Shown one piece after another: positions 1-9,498 of a stretch of 64,000 nucleotides of DNA (position 1 is the first letter of the stretch; every line of letters begins with the position of its first letter). Made by a program: the position numbers and the translations under genes. Source of the stretch: a bacterium (GTDB lineage Bacteria > Zhuqueibacterota > Zhuqueibacteria > Oceanimicrobiales > Oceanimicrobiaceae); NCBI GenBank assembly GCA_037446635.1, contig JBBIIG010000009.1, positions 18,294-82,293 on the forward strand, written 5' to 3'. A model generated the notes under the pieces. It did not search any database and had not been told where the DNA came from. It was given only the letters and a program-made list of their open reading frames with translations.

Positions 1-231
1 CACCTGGGCCGGCGCGACCTGTTCTCGTTTATGGCGATGTTGGTGATGGTTTGGGGCAACATCACCGTCTTTTATTGGGGCTTGATGGGCGCGGTCATTC
101 TGATGAGCGCCGGCATCACCATCTCGGCGCTGATGATGATGTCAAAAAATCAGGACTTCGGGAGATTCTCCCCAATTAAAAAAATCACGACTTCTCTTTG
201 GCGCCGATTACGTCCCAGTCGGGTTAGCTGA
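1..231 (+). CDS. 3' end of a membrane protein (partial; possibly CDP-alcohol phosphatidyltransferase family)
   Basis: Frame open from base 1 (HLGRRDLFSFMAMLVMVWG...), two hydrophobic segments, basic tail; family guess is weak. Confidence 0.45.
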   Translation, partial: HLGRRDLFSFMAMLVMVWGNITVFYWGLMGAVILMSAGITISALMMMSKNQDFGRFSPIKKITTSLWRRLRPSRVS

Positions 232-258
232 TCAACCAGCAGTAAAATTTCACTATTT

Positions 259-337
259 GGGCTGTCATTGTGAGGAGCGTAAGCGACGGAGCCTGCGTGC
301 TGCAGGCAGGCAACGACAAGCACCTTTTGGACAGCCC
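259..337. repeat. Degenerate composite palindromic element related to the MITE at 52686-52855
   Basis: Starts GGGCTGTC, ends CCTTTTGGACAGCCC, contains GTCATTG(T)GAG and GCAGGCAGGC motifs also present in the 52.7 kb element. Confidence 0.65.
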
Positions 338-538
338 CATTCCTCCAACCAACAGGCCAAATCCTGCGCGCTGCGCGGGTCGTTCTCCTTCTCCCATTTT
401 TACACGGGAACCAATGCGTTTTTTATTGCGTAGCACTTTAGAGTTTTTTAAAACCTGAATTGTTCACCACGCATGACACGCGGACGACGAAGTTTTTGAA
501 AAAGAACAACAGGATTGTAAATTTAAGGATAGCAAAGC

Positions 539-1795
539 GTGCATAGAAATTATCAAAAAGCGATGGTTCGCGCGGGAATGGTTTTGAGTTTATTTTTGCT
601 TCACGGTTTGGCGCGGAGCTGGTTATTGGAGAACCAAGATGGCCGCACGCCCCATGAAACCATCATCTATCTTTACAAACAACTGCAAGACAGCCTGAAC
701 GCCGACTCCGCCGCAAACCATCTCGAAAAGAATATTCTAAACATCGTCAACGAGCTTTTTGATGTTGAACGGCTGGCGCCGCAAGTTCTGCAGCAGCGCT
801 GGACCGAGGCCGCGGCCATCGAGCAGCAGCGGGTCGTGGAAGCGATGAAACTATCTCTTGCCCGAGACATCCTGCGGCAGATTGACAAATACAAGGGCGT
901 AAAAAACCTGCCGACGTTAACGCTGATTTCGTTTTTTTTTAATGATAGGGTGTCCACCTTGAACTACACGGTTAGCGACGGCCAGCGCAAAATCAAGTTC
1001 ACCGTTTTCATGATTCAATACACCGAGGGCGCGTGGAAAATCAGCAACCTCAAGTATGACGATGACAGCATCGTGCGTCATTATTACAGCATCTGCAAAA
1101 AAATAATCGACAAGTATTCGCTTTCGAGCCTGATCGCTGAGTTGTCAGGCCAGGATTATGTGGTTTTGGAAGACTTTGAATCTTCGGAAGTAGGCGGCCT
1201 GCCGCAGGGCTGGAACTGGAAAAAGCAGGATGATGCAAAAAACAAACCCTATCAAGTTCGCGAAGAGAACGGCAATCAATATCTTGCGGCTGAAGACCGC
1301 GGCGAGTCGGTTATTTTAGGTAAAGACATCAAATGGGATTTAAAAACCTACCCCTACATCTCTTTCAAATGGCGTGCCCATCATATTCCCACAGGCGGCG
1401 ATGAACGCTTTGGCAGAACGGTTGACAGCGCCGCCGGCATTTACATCATTTATAATAAAAAATTAGGCTTGATTCCGGAATCGGTTAAGTATGTTTGGAG
1501 CTCCACCCTGCCAGTGGGTTCGGCCATGCGCCGCAGCGGCACCGGGCGGCCGTGGATGGTGGTGGCCGACAGCGGCGACCAGAACTTGGGCGAGTGGCGA
1601 ACCTATGTTTTCGACGCCCGCGAAGCTTACAGAAAAACCTTCGGCGGCGCGCCCCCCGATACCCCCATTGCCATCGGCATCCTCTCCGACGCCAACTCCA
1701 CGAACTCCAAGGCGTTTGCCGACTACGACGATATTATCGCGTTGAAAAATGCCAATGCCGACTCCGGCATCAAGGAATTCTTAAAAGCTGAATAA
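539..1795 (+). CDS. Exported MlaC/Ttg2D-like + DUF3047 domain protein
   Basis: N-terminal signal-like segment; MlaC-like ...WKISNLKYDDDSIVRHY; C-terminal DUF3047-like motifs (FKWRA..GGDER..DSAAGIY, YVWSSTLPVG, GEWRTY, ILSDANST..ADYDDI). Confidence 0.7.
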   Translation: MHRNYQKAMVRAGMVLSLFLLHGLARSWLLENQDGRTPHETIIYLYKQLQDSLNADSAANHLEKNILNIVNELFDVERLAPQVLQQRWTEAAAIEQQRVVEAMKLSLARDILRQIDKYKGVKNLPTLTLISFFFNDRVSTLNYTVSDGQRKIKFTVFMIQYTEGAWKISNLKYDDDSIVRHYYSICKKIIDKYSLSSLIAELSGQDYVVLEDFESSEVGGLPQGWNWKKQDDAKNKPYQVREENGNQYLAAEDRGESVILGKDIKWDLKTYPYISFKWRAHHIPTGGDERFGRTVDSAAGIYIIYNKKLGLIPESVKYVWSSTLPVGSAMRRSGTGRPWMVVADSGDQNLGEWRTYVFDAREAYRKTFGGAPPDTPIAIGILSDANSTNSKAFADYDDIIALKNANADSGIKEFLKAE

Positions 1796-1810
1796 GTCGA
1801 AAGGAACGGA

Positions 1811-3187
1811 ATGGTTACTCGAGCCATTTTCGTGATTGCTGCAATGCTGTTGTGTATTCCCTCAAAAGGTTTCGTGCAGAATAATTCCCTGATTTTGGAT
1901 CTGAAAAAATGTGAAGAGCTGGCTTGGCAAAATAATCTTTCCATCCACGACGCCGAATTAAGTCTGGATATTTCGCAAGCGAAGTTAACCCAGGCCTCCC
2001 ACGCCCGCTTCCTGCCAAAATTTGAATTGCGAAATATTTGGGGGCCGAGTCCGCCGGCGCGTTTGGGGGAACTCGGACCGCACGGCGGCTTCGTGGTCTC
2101 GCCGGACACCGCGGTCGGGTTTGGGGATTTGCGGTACTTCACCCAGTTGGATATCGATTTGGTGCAACCCATTTTCACCTTTGGGAAATTGAGCGGCGCC
2201 GCTGCCGCCGCGCGCGCCGGCGTAGAAGCCGATGAAGCCAATTTAGAAAGCGAAAAAGAAAACGTGCGCCTGCAGGTGCGCCAACTTTACTGGGGGCTGG
2301 TTTTGGCCAAAGAACTGCTGCTGGTAGTGGAGGATGCCGACAAAGAGTTGGTCAAAGCCGAGAACAAAATTCAGGAAAAATTGCAGGAAGGCTCCGAGGA
2401 GGTTTCTCAGGTGGATTTGTTCAAGCTGCAAATTTTCAGGTATGAAATCAACAAGCGCCGGCGCGAGGCGTTGGATAATGTTAAAATCACCCGTTCGGCG
2501 TTGAAGGCCAGTCTCGGGCTGGCGGATGATCTTGAGATTCAAGTGGCGTCCGGATATCTCGACCCGCTGCCGACGCAAGTGGACAGTTTATCAACCTATC
2601 TCGAGATGGCGCTGCAGAACCGCCCCGAGCTGCGCCGCCTGCGCGCCGGCATTCAAGCGCGTAGCGCACTGGTGACGGTTTCCAAAAGCGATTACTTTCC
2701 GCAATTCTTTTTGGGCGGCCAAATCAAATTCAACTATGCCAAAGATCGTTTCGACACCAATAATCCTTTTTTGTTTAACCAGACGAATTACTTTCGCCCC
2801 GGCGTGGTGGTGGGCGCCAGCTTGAATCTCAATTTTCTGCAAACCCGCGATAAAGTTCGCGTGGCGCAGGCCGAATTTTTGCAGCTTTCCCAAAAAGAAA
2901 AGCAATTGTTGGAGGGCATAAAATTGGACGTGCAAAAAAACTATTTGGAATTAACCCAGGTTGAACAGAACATGCTCGATAGCGAACGGGCGCTGAAAGC
3001 CACCGACAATTGGCTGCGCTCGGTTACCATGACTTTTGATATCGGCGTCGGCGAAGTCAAAGAATTGATCGACGCCTTCCGCGCCAACGGCGCCATGCAG
3101 GCGGAACATCTGCAGAATATTTTCAAATACAACGTCGCCATCGCCAAATTAAGCAAATCAGTTGGACGGGATCTCTATCCCAATTAA
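1811..3187 (+). CDS. TolC-family outer membrane efflux protein
   Basis: Signal peptide, two OEP-like repeats (QPIFTFGK, ALQNRPEL, SDYFPQF, YNVAIAKLSKSVG). Confidence 0.85.
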   Translation: MVTRAIFVIAAMLLCIPSKGFVQNNSLILDLKKCEELAWQNNLSIHDAELSLDISQAKLTQASHARFLPKFELRNIWGPSPPARLGELGPHGGFVVSPDTAVGFGDLRYFTQLDIDLVQPIFTFGKLSGAAAAARAGVEADEANLESEKENVRLQVRQLYWGLVLAKELLLVVEDADKELVKAENKIQEKLQEGSEEVSQVDLFKLQIFRYEINKRRREALDNVKITRSALKASLGLADDLEIQVASGYLDPLPTQVDSLSTYLEMALQNRPELRRLRAGIQARSALVTVSKSDYFPQFFLGGQIKFNYAKDRFDTNNPFLFNQTNYFRPGVVVGASLNLNFLQTRDKVRVAQAEFLQLSQKEKQLLEGIKLDVQKNYLELTQVEQNMLDSERALKATDNWLRSVTMTFDIGVGEVKELIDAFRANGAMQAEHLQNIFKYNVAIAKLSKSVGRDLYPN

Positions 3188-3205
3188 CGAAAGGGAAATC
3201 ATAAA

Positions 3206-3796
3206 ATGAGAACGGCTAATCTAATGATCATAATGGCCATCCTGGCTTCTGCTCTTTTTCAATTCACTTTTGCCAATGATAACTCGCCGCTGGCAATTGT
3301 GAAAGCCCGCAACCAGAGCATCGATGGTATTTTAAAAACGGCGGGCGAGCCAGTTAGTCCGGAAACCAAAGAGAAACTCAAGCAGGTCATCAACGAATTT
3401 ATGGATTTCAACGAGCTCTCCCGGCTGGCGCTGGGCAAATATTGGGAGCAACGAACCGAACAAGAGAAGAAGGATTTCGTCAACGTTTTTTCCAGTTTGA
3501 TTAAAAACTCCTCTGTGAAGAAGCTCGAAATTTACAAAGCCGATCGCCTGGCTTATAAGGAACCGGTGATCACCGGCGACAAAGCCACGGTCACCACGGT
3601 TGCATACAAAGATCGCAAACATGTTGAGATTGTTTACAAGATGCACCTCGTAAACGGTCAGTGGCTGGTGTACGATATGGAGATCGATGGCGTGAGCACT
3701 GCCATCAATTACCGTGATTCATTTTATAAAGAGATCGCCAAAACCTCGTACCAGGAAATGTACAAGAAGTTAGAAAAAAGATTAAATGAAGAATGA
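3206..3796 (+). CDS. MlaC/Ttg2D-family periplasmic lipid-binding protein
   Basis: DFNELSRLALGKYW, WLVYDMEIDGVSTAINYRDSF motifs; signal peptide. Confidence 0.88.
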   Translation: MRTANLMIIMAILASALFQFTFANDNSPLAIVKARNQSIDGILKTAGEPVSPETKEKLKQVINEFMDFNELSRLALGKYWEQRTEQEKKDFVNVFSSLIKNSSVKKLEIYKADRLAYKEPVITGDKATVTTVAYKDRKHVEIVYKMHLVNGQWLVYDMEIDGVSTAINYRDSFYKEIAKTSYQEMYKKLEKRLNEE

Positions 3797-3874
3797 CTGA
3801 CACAAAAAGGAAATCTCACGAAAATTAAGTTCTAAAGTACGTTTAGTTTGGGGCCTTTTCAAAATTTTGTGATC

Positions 3875-3904
3875 GCCGCCTGCTTTTTGTTGGCGGCTTT
3901 TTTA
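3875..3904 (+). terminator. Intrinsic terminator
   Basis: GCCGCC...GGCGGC stem followed by T-run. Confidence 0.7.
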
Positions 3905-3938
3905 TTGCATTTCAGTCGATTAATTTTAAATTTTCGCT

Positions 3939-4619
3939 ATGAATTGTGATGCGGATTTGGCAGCCGAAGAGTTCGCCCGGGTTCAAAACATGTTGAAATT
4001 TGAGCGCGAGCTTTGGGGCCGAGGCGTGACGTGCGTCGCCGGACTGGATGAGGCCGGTCGCGGGCCGCTGGCGGGCCCGGTGGTGGCCGCAGCGGTCGTG
4101 TTTCCGCCGGAGGTGTTCATTGCCCAAATTGATGATTCAAAAAAACTTTCGCAGATTCTGCGCGAGGAGTTGTTTGATGTGATCATTCAGCACGCGTTGG
4201 ATTTCGGCATTGGCCAGGCCGAGGTGGATGAGATCGACGACCTCAATATTTTGCAGGCCTCCTTTTTGGCGATGAAACGGGCGCTTTCAAAATTAAAGAT
4301 GAAGCCGGAATATTTGTTGGTGGATGGCCGCGCCTTTCCCAATGATGACATTCCCTTCAAGCCCATCATCAAAGGCGACAGTTTGAGCTTTTCCATTGCC
4401 GCGGCCTCGATCCTCGCGAAGGTCACCCGCGACCGCATTATGTGTGAATATGATCGCGAATTTCCAGAGTATGGATTCGCCAGCCACAAAGGCTACGCCA
4501 CCGCCGCTCACCTCGATGCCATCGCGAAATTCGGTTTTTGCCAAATTCATCGGCAGTCGTTTCACCCCAAGCGCTTCAGTCCGCAATTGAGTTTATTCGA
4601 TGCCGAAGAAAACTACTAA
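3939..4619 (+). CDS. rnhB: Ribonuclease HII
   Basis: AGLDEAGRGPLAGPV, DSKKL, DG, IKGD, IAAASILAKVTRD, HKGY motifs. Confidence 0.97.
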   Translation: MNCDADLAAEEFARVQNMLKFERELWGRGVTCVAGLDEAGRGPLAGPVVAAAVVFPPEVFIAQIDDSKKLSQILREELFDVIIQHALDFGIGQAEVDEIDDLNILQASFLAMKRALSKLKMKPEYLLVDGRAFPNDDIPFKPIIKGDSLSFSIAAASILAKVTRDRIMCEYDREFPEYGFASHKGYATAAHLDAIAKFGFCQIHRQSFHPKRFSPQLSLFDAEENY

Positions 4620-4971
4620 ACAAGTTGGCAACAGGGGCGAGGATTTGGCCGCGAGGTATTTGCAGTCCAAACAGTATGAAATCATCGACCGCAACTACCG
4701 CTGGGCGCGCGGCGAAATCGACATTATTGCTCGTATTGAGGACACCCTCGTCTTCGTCGAAGTGAAAACGGCGCGCAGTGCCCATTTTGGCTCACCGCAA
4801 ACCTGGGTGAATGCGCGCAAACGAATGCAAATTGCGCAGGTGGCACAGCGCTATTTGCAGGAAAAGAATATCGAGGAGGCGAATTGCCGGTTTGATGTCG
4901 TGGCGATTCAAAAACAAGATGGCGGCTGGCACATCGAGCACTTTGAAAATGCCTTTTGGATTGAAGGATGA
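4600..4971 (+). CDS. yraN: YraN family (UPF0102) putative endonuclease
   Basis: GEDLAARYL, NYR..GEIDII, LVFVEVK, RFDVV; follows rnhB. Confidence 0.93.
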   Translation: MPKKTTKQVGNRGEDLAARYLQSKQYEIIDRNYRWARGEIDIIARIEDTLVFVEVKTARSAHFGSPQTWVNARKRMQIAQVAQRYLQEKNIEEANCRFDVVAIQKQDGGWHIEHFENAFWIEG

Positions 4972-5303
4972 CAGCCACGAAAAGCAAAATCCATTCTTAT
5001 ATTTTGGAGATCGGCAAATGGGCGCTGGTGATTTGGCTGCTGCTGCCCATGCGTTCGGCCATGCAAGGCACGATCGAGTTCACGCGCGTTGGGCTGGGCG
5101 TCATTCTGTTCGTGATTTTTGTCGGCAAACTTTTATATGATGTGACCTATTTCCCGAAGCAGCATAAAAGTGAAAGCAGCGCTGGCAAAGATTTGATTTC
5201 GATGATCGGCATCGTTTTGGGAATCGCGCTGTTGGTTTTGCTGTTGGTGTTTTTTGTGGCGATGTATGTCATCAATTACATGTCCAGCACGAACATACGA
5301 TAA
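4968..5303 (+). CDS. Hypothetical membrane protein (3 TM)
   Basis: ATGA overlap with yraN, three hydrophobic helices. Confidence 0.7.
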   Translation: MTATKSKIHSYILEIGKWALVIWLLLPMRSAMQGTIEFTRVGLGVILFVIFVGKLLYDVTYFPKQHKSESSAGKDLISMIGIVLGIALLVLLLVFFVAMYVINYMSSTNIR

Positions 5304-5308
5304 CAATC

Positions 5309-5336
5309 GTAGGGGCACGGCGTGCCGTGCCCCTAT
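5309..5336. repeat. GTAG-type REP palindrome
   Basis: GTAGGGGCACGGC-GT-GCCGTGCCCCTAT. Confidence 0.8.
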
Positions 5337-5363
5337 TACTACCATGAGATGGAGGCGAGTCGA

Positions 5364-6077
5364 ATGGATTTAAAAAACAAAATCGCGATTGTCACGGGCG
5401 CCGGCAAAGGCATTGGCCGGGCGACGGCGCTGGCGCTGGCCAAAGAAGGCGCCAACGTGGCGGTGGCTTCGCGCACGATGACCGATTTGCAGAGCCTGGC
5501 CAAAGAAATTGGCAACGTGGGCAGAAAGGCGCTGCCCATAGTAGCGGATGTCTCCCGCGAAAACGACATCAAAAAAATGATCACGGAAACCGTCAACAAA
5601 TTTGGCGGCATCGACATCCTCGTTAACAACGCCGGCCTCGGATATTTTGGCCGCGTGGAAACACTCACCACCCAACAGTGGGACGAGATGTTTGAAGTGA
5701 ACATGCGCGGGCTTTTTCTCTGCACCCGCGAAGCGCTGCCGCATCTCAAACGCAAGCCGGAAAGTTTTGTCATCAACGTGGCGTCGCTGGCCGGCAAAAA
5801 TGCCTTTGAGGGCGGCGCCGGCTACGCCGCCACCAAATGGGGCGTGCTGGCGTTTTCCAAATGTTTGATGTTGGAAGAAAGAAAGGCGGGCGTGCGGGTG
5901 CTGGCGATTTGTCCGGGTTCCGTGGCGACGCATTTCTCCCATTCGTCGCCGAAGTCAGACCCGGAGAGCGGAAAAATTTTGCTCCCCGAAGACGTGGCGC
6001 AAACCATCATCGCTGCGATTAAACTACCGCAGCGGGCGATGGTGAGCGAGATCGATATTCGGCCCACGAATCCTTAG
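5364..6077 (+). CDS. SDR family NAD(P)-dependent oxidoreductase
   Basis: TGAGKGIG, NNAG, YAATK; GGAGG upstream of ATG 5364. Confidence 0.93.
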   Translation: MDLKNKIAIVTGAGKGIGRATALALAKEGANVAVASRTMTDLQSLAKEIGNVGRKALPIVADVSRENDIKKMITETVNKFGGIDILVNNAGLGYFGRVETLTTQQWDEMFEVNMRGLFLCTREALPHLKRKPESFVINVASLAGKNAFEGGAGYAATKWGVLAFSKCLMLEERKAGVRVLAICPGSVATHFSHSSPKSDPESGKILLPEDVAQTIIAAIKLPQRAMVSEIDIRPTNP

Positions 6078-6183
6078 TTTACAAGTGTTCTATGTCAAAA
6101 AGTGACTTGAAAATTCGAGTGTCGAAATCCGAAATAGGAAACAAATTCCAAAATGTCTAATATCAAAATAATATTTTTGCTAA

Positions 6184-7194
6184 ATGATTCTTGATACCAT
6201 AAAACGTCCCCTCACCGATCTCCGCATCTCGGTCACCGACCGCTGCAACTTCCGCTGCCACTACTGCATGCCGTCGGACATTTTCGGGCACGATTACGTC
6301 TTCCTTCGCAAACAAGAAATCCTCACCTTTGAGGAAATTACGCGTTTGGCGAGAATTTTTGCTCAGCTCGGCGTCAGTAAAATCCGTTTGACCGGCGGCG
6401 AGCCACTGCTGCGGGCGGACCTCGAGGTATTAATCAACAAACTGTCGCAGATTCCGGGAATTAAGGATATCGCTCTCACCACCAACGGCTATCATTTGCG
6501 AGAAAAAGCCCGCGTGCTTCGCCAAGCCGGGTTGAGTCGCGTAACCATCAGCCTCGATACTCTAAAGCCCGAGGTTCTCAAAAATATAGCCGGCGAGCAT
6601 CTGGAACTCAATCGGGTTTTGGATGGCATCTCGGCGGCGGTGGAGGCCGGGTTCGCGCCGGTCAAGCTCAACGCGGTCATTCAAAAGGGCGTGAACGACA
6701 GCGAAATAATCGATTTAGCGCGATTTGCGAAAAAGAACAGCCACGTTTTGCGCTTCATCGAATACATGGACGTGGGAACGTTGAATGGCTGGCGTATGGA
6801 TCAAGTGGTGCCAGCGCGCGAGATTCTCGCAGCGATCACTTCGGAAATAGCAGTAGAACCAATTGACAAAAATTACCGCAGCGAAGTGGCGAACCGCTAT
6901 CGTTACCTTGATGGCAGCGGCGAATTTGGCATCATCTCATCCGTCACGCAGCCATTTTGCGGTGACTGCACCCGCGCCCGGCTCTCCGCCGACGGCAAAA
7001 TCTACACGTGCCTTTTTGCACAACACGGCTTTGATATTAAAACGCCGCTGCGTGACGGTGCCTCAGACGAGGAACTGACATCGCTGATGATTTCCATTTG
7101 GCAGAAACGCACGGATCGCTATTCCGAGGAACGCACGGCCAACACCGGCAAGCCGTCGCCGCGGAAAGTTGAGATGTATCACATTGGAGGATGA
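6184..7194 (+). CDS. moaA: GTP 3',8-cyclase MoaA
   Basis: LRISVTDRCNFRCHYC, FCGDCTRARL..C, C-terminal IGG. Confidence 0.97.
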   Translation: MILDTIKRPLTDLRISVTDRCNFRCHYCMPSDIFGHDYVFLRKQEILTFEEITRLARIFAQLGVSKIRLTGGEPLLRADLEVLINKLSQIPGIKDIALTTNGYHLREKARVLRQAGLSRVTISLDTLKPEVLKNIAGEHLELNRVLDGISAAVEAGFAPVKLNAVIQKGVNDSEIIDLARFAKKNSHVLRFIEYMDVGTLNGWRMDQVVPAREILAAITSEIAVEPIDKNYRSEVANRYRYLDGSGEFGIISSVTQPFCGDCTRARLSADGKIYTCLFAQHGFDIKTPLRDGASDEELTSLMISIWQKRTDRYSEERTANTGKPSPRKVEMYHIGG

Positions 7195-7267
7195 CCTAAA
7201 TTCAACTTGATTTTCGCCGATGAATCACCTATAATAAAATGGTTTTGAACGAAATCAGGAGGCACGA

Positions 7268-7855
7268 ATGTTAACGATTACCGACAACGCGCAAAATAAA
7301 TTCCGCGAAGTTCTGGCTGCGGAGAACCGGCAGGGGCAGGGCATCCGCATGACCGCCAAGCGCGGCATGTCGCCGTTTTCCGTTGATTACGGACTTTCTT
7401 TTGTCGAACCCGGACAGGATCATCCCGCCGACAAAGTTTTTGATTTTGACGGCTTCAAAGTTTATATCGATCCCCAAAGCTTTCCGCTGGTGGAAGACGC
7501 GACAGTGGATTACGTGCATGGCTTGAGCGAAAGCGGTTTTAAGATCACCAATCCACGCATGTCGGCACCACCTGCGCCCACCGGGCCGATCGCTGAAAAG
7601 ATTCAGCACATCATCGACACGCGCATCAATCCGGCCATCCGCGCGCACGGCGGTGTGGTGTCGCTGGTGGATGTGAAAGATAAAATTGCGTATCTGCGAT
7701 TTGGTGGCGGCTGCCACGGCTGCGGCATGGTGGATGTGACTTTGAAGCAGGGCGTGCAGGTTATGATCAAAGAGGCGGTTCCAGAAATCGAAGCGGTGAT
7801 GGATATCACCGACCACGCCAGTGGGAAGAATCCGTATTATCAGTCGGCGCGCTGA
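7268..7855 (+). CDS. nfuA: Fe-S biogenesis protein NfuA (degenerate A-type + NifU C-terminal domain)
   Basis: IscA-like N-terminus (GFKITNP), INPAIRAHGG, GGCHGC, DITDHASGKNPYY. Confidence 0.9.
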   Translation: MLTITDNAQNKFREVLAAENRQGQGIRMTAKRGMSPFSVDYGLSFVEPGQDHPADKVFDFDGFKVYIDPQSFPLVEDATVDYVHGLSESGFKITNPRMSAPPAPTGPIAEKIQHIIDTRINPAIRAHGGVVSLVDVKDKIAYLRFGGGCHGCGMVDVTLKQGVQVMIKEAVPEIEAVMDITDHASGKNPYYQSAR

Positions 7856-7887
7856 CCAATTCAATTGCTGTGGCAGTATAAATAGAG

Positions 7888-7923
7888 CAAAGAGCGTAAA
7901 GCGATTTACGCTCTTTGTATTTT
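7888..7923. terminator. Hairpin between convergent genes
   Basis: CAAAGAGCGTAAA-GCGA-TTTACGCTCTTTG. Confidence 0.6.
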
Positions 7924-7932
7924 TGTCGAAAT

Positions 7933-7960
7933 GTAGGGGCGTATGGCCATACGCCCCTAC
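7933..7960. repeat. GTAG-type REP palindrome
   Basis: GTAGGGGCGTATGG-CCATACGCCCCTAC perfect palindrome. Confidence 0.85.
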
Positions 7961-8014
7961 TGAAGCATGGTGGAGAGACGCCGTCAGCCTTCGGCTTTTT
8001 GGGTTGATGCAAAA

Positions 8015-8701
8015 TTAAATTGTGAGCGTCGCGCCAAATGAAATGACTTTTGCTTCAAATCCCTTCGCCTTCACTTTTTGCACAAACAAATTCGGATCCG
8101 CATCGATGACGTCAAAAGTTTTGTAGTGCATCGGCATAACTAATTTTGGATTCAGCAATTCCACCGCTTTCACGGCGTCGTCAATGCCCATGGTGAAATT
8201 ATCTCCGATCGGCAGCAGCGCCAGATCAATCGGATTCATTTCGCCAATCAATTTCATGTCGTAAAACAGCGCGGTGTCGCCGGCGTGATAGATGGTTTTG
8301 CCTTCCACAAAAAGCAGGATGCCGGCCGGATTGCCCATGTACAAAAATCCTTTATCAGTTTGATACCCCGAGCCGTGGTGCGCAATAGTGAGCTTCACGC
8401 GACCAAATGGAAAGGCATGACTGCCGCCGATGTGCATGGCATGAGCATTTACACCTTGCGAGCCACACCAGGTGGCGATTTCATAATTGGCGATCACCGT
8501 GGTTTTGTTCCGTTTCGCAATTGAAATTGCATCGCCGATGTGATCGCCGTGGCCGTGGCTGATGATGATATAGTTGCATTTCACTTCATCCGCTTTAATA
8601 GGCGCCAGCGGATTGCCCGTAAAAAACGGATCAATCACAATGCGGTGGCCATCGGTCTCCAGCGAAAAAGCCGAGTGTCCGAAATAGGTTAACGTCGCCA
8701 T
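8015..8701 (-). CDS. Metal-dependent hydrolase, MBL fold (UPF0173/YtkL-like)
   Basis: YFGHSAF, IDPF, SHGHGDH, YHAGDT, PMHY. Confidence 0.92.
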   Translation of the reverse strand: MATLTYFGHSAFSLETDGHRIVIDPFFTGNPLAPIKADEVKCNYIIISHGHGDHIGDAISIAKRNKTTVIANYEIATWCGSQGVNAHAMHIGGSHAFPFGRVKLTIAHHGSGYQTDKGFLYMGNPAGILLFVEGKTIYHAGDTALFYDMKLIGEMNPIDLALLPIGDNFTMGIDDAVKAVELLNPKLVMPMHYKTFDVIDADPNLFVQKVKAKGFEAKVISFGATLTI

Positions 8702-8722
8702 CGTGTCCTCCTTTCATAAGTG

Positions 8723-9277
8723 TCATACATGCTTTTGCGCTTTAATCAAATGCATAAACTCATCCCGTGTGGCTTGATTTTCCCGGAACACCCCCAACAT
8801 AGCACTGGTGGTCACCACCGTGTTCTGCTTTTCCACGCCGCGCATCATCATGCACAAATGCCGCGCTTCGATGACCACCGCCACACCCTGCGGATTGAGG
8901 CACTCCATCAAAATTTCAGCAATCTGGTTCGTGAGCCGCTCCTGCACCTGCAGCCGTTTCGCATAAGCATCGACGATGCGAGGAATTTTGCTGAGGCCCA
9001 CCACTTTGCCGTTGGGCATGTAAGCCACGTGGCACTTGCCGTAAAACGGCAGCAGATGATGCTCGCACAAACTGTACACTTCGATGTCTTTCACGATCAC
9101 CATCTCATCGTAACGTTCGTTAAACAGCGCGTCGTTGATGATTTGGCAGACGTCAACTTGATAGCCGCCGGTCAGAAATTGCAGCGACTTCTCGACGCGC
9201 TCCGGCGTTTTGAGCAAACCCTCCCGTTCCGGGTTTTCGCCAATTTTATGTAATAGTTGTTTAATTAAATCGCGCAT
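8723..9277 (-). CDS. folE: GTP cyclohydrolase I
   Basis: [44 protein letters not shown]. Confidence 0.97.
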   Translation of the reverse strand: MRDLIKQLLHKIGENPEREGLLKTPERVEKSLQFLTGGYQVDVCQIINDALFNERYDEMVIVKDIEVYSLCEHHLLPFYGKCHVAYMPNGKVVGLSKIPRIVDAYAKRLQVQERLTNQIAEILMECLNPQGVAVVIEARHLCMMMRGVEKQNTVVTTSAMLGVFRENQATRDEFMHLIKAQKHV

Positions 9278-9335
9278 AAAATTCGTTTACTCCATTTAGT
9301 GTTCATTTCAAAAAGACAGATGCGTTCCATTCAAG

Positions 9336-9421
9336 ACCTCACCCCTTCGACAGGCTCAGGGCAGGCTCTGACTCTCTCCTAAAAAGGAGAGGGAACAAAG
9401 TCCCTTCCCCAAGGATGGGGT
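9336..9421. repeat. ACCTCACCC...GGATGGGGT palindromic element carrying a nested CTTCGACAGGCTCAGG insert
   Basis: Same ends and CTCTCC..GGAGAGGG hairpin as 43750-43824 and 43904-43956. Confidence 0.7.
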
Positions 9422-9498
9422 CCGCTTTACGCTCTGCGCTCTACTTTCCCGTCGTCATGATCGAGATCACAGAAAGCAAAATTAAAATTCCGACGATA

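Noticed and set aside
932..940. T9 tract as a phase-variation switch in the DUF3047 gene
   Set aside because: Frame is intact (FFF) and there is no other evidence of variation
5322..5363. N-terminal extension MPCPYYYHE of the SDR
   Set aside because: Derived from the REP palindrome; the SD supports ATG 5364
7268..7855. Missing cysteines in the IscA-like domain
   Set aside because: A degenerate A-type domain is the known normal state of NfuA
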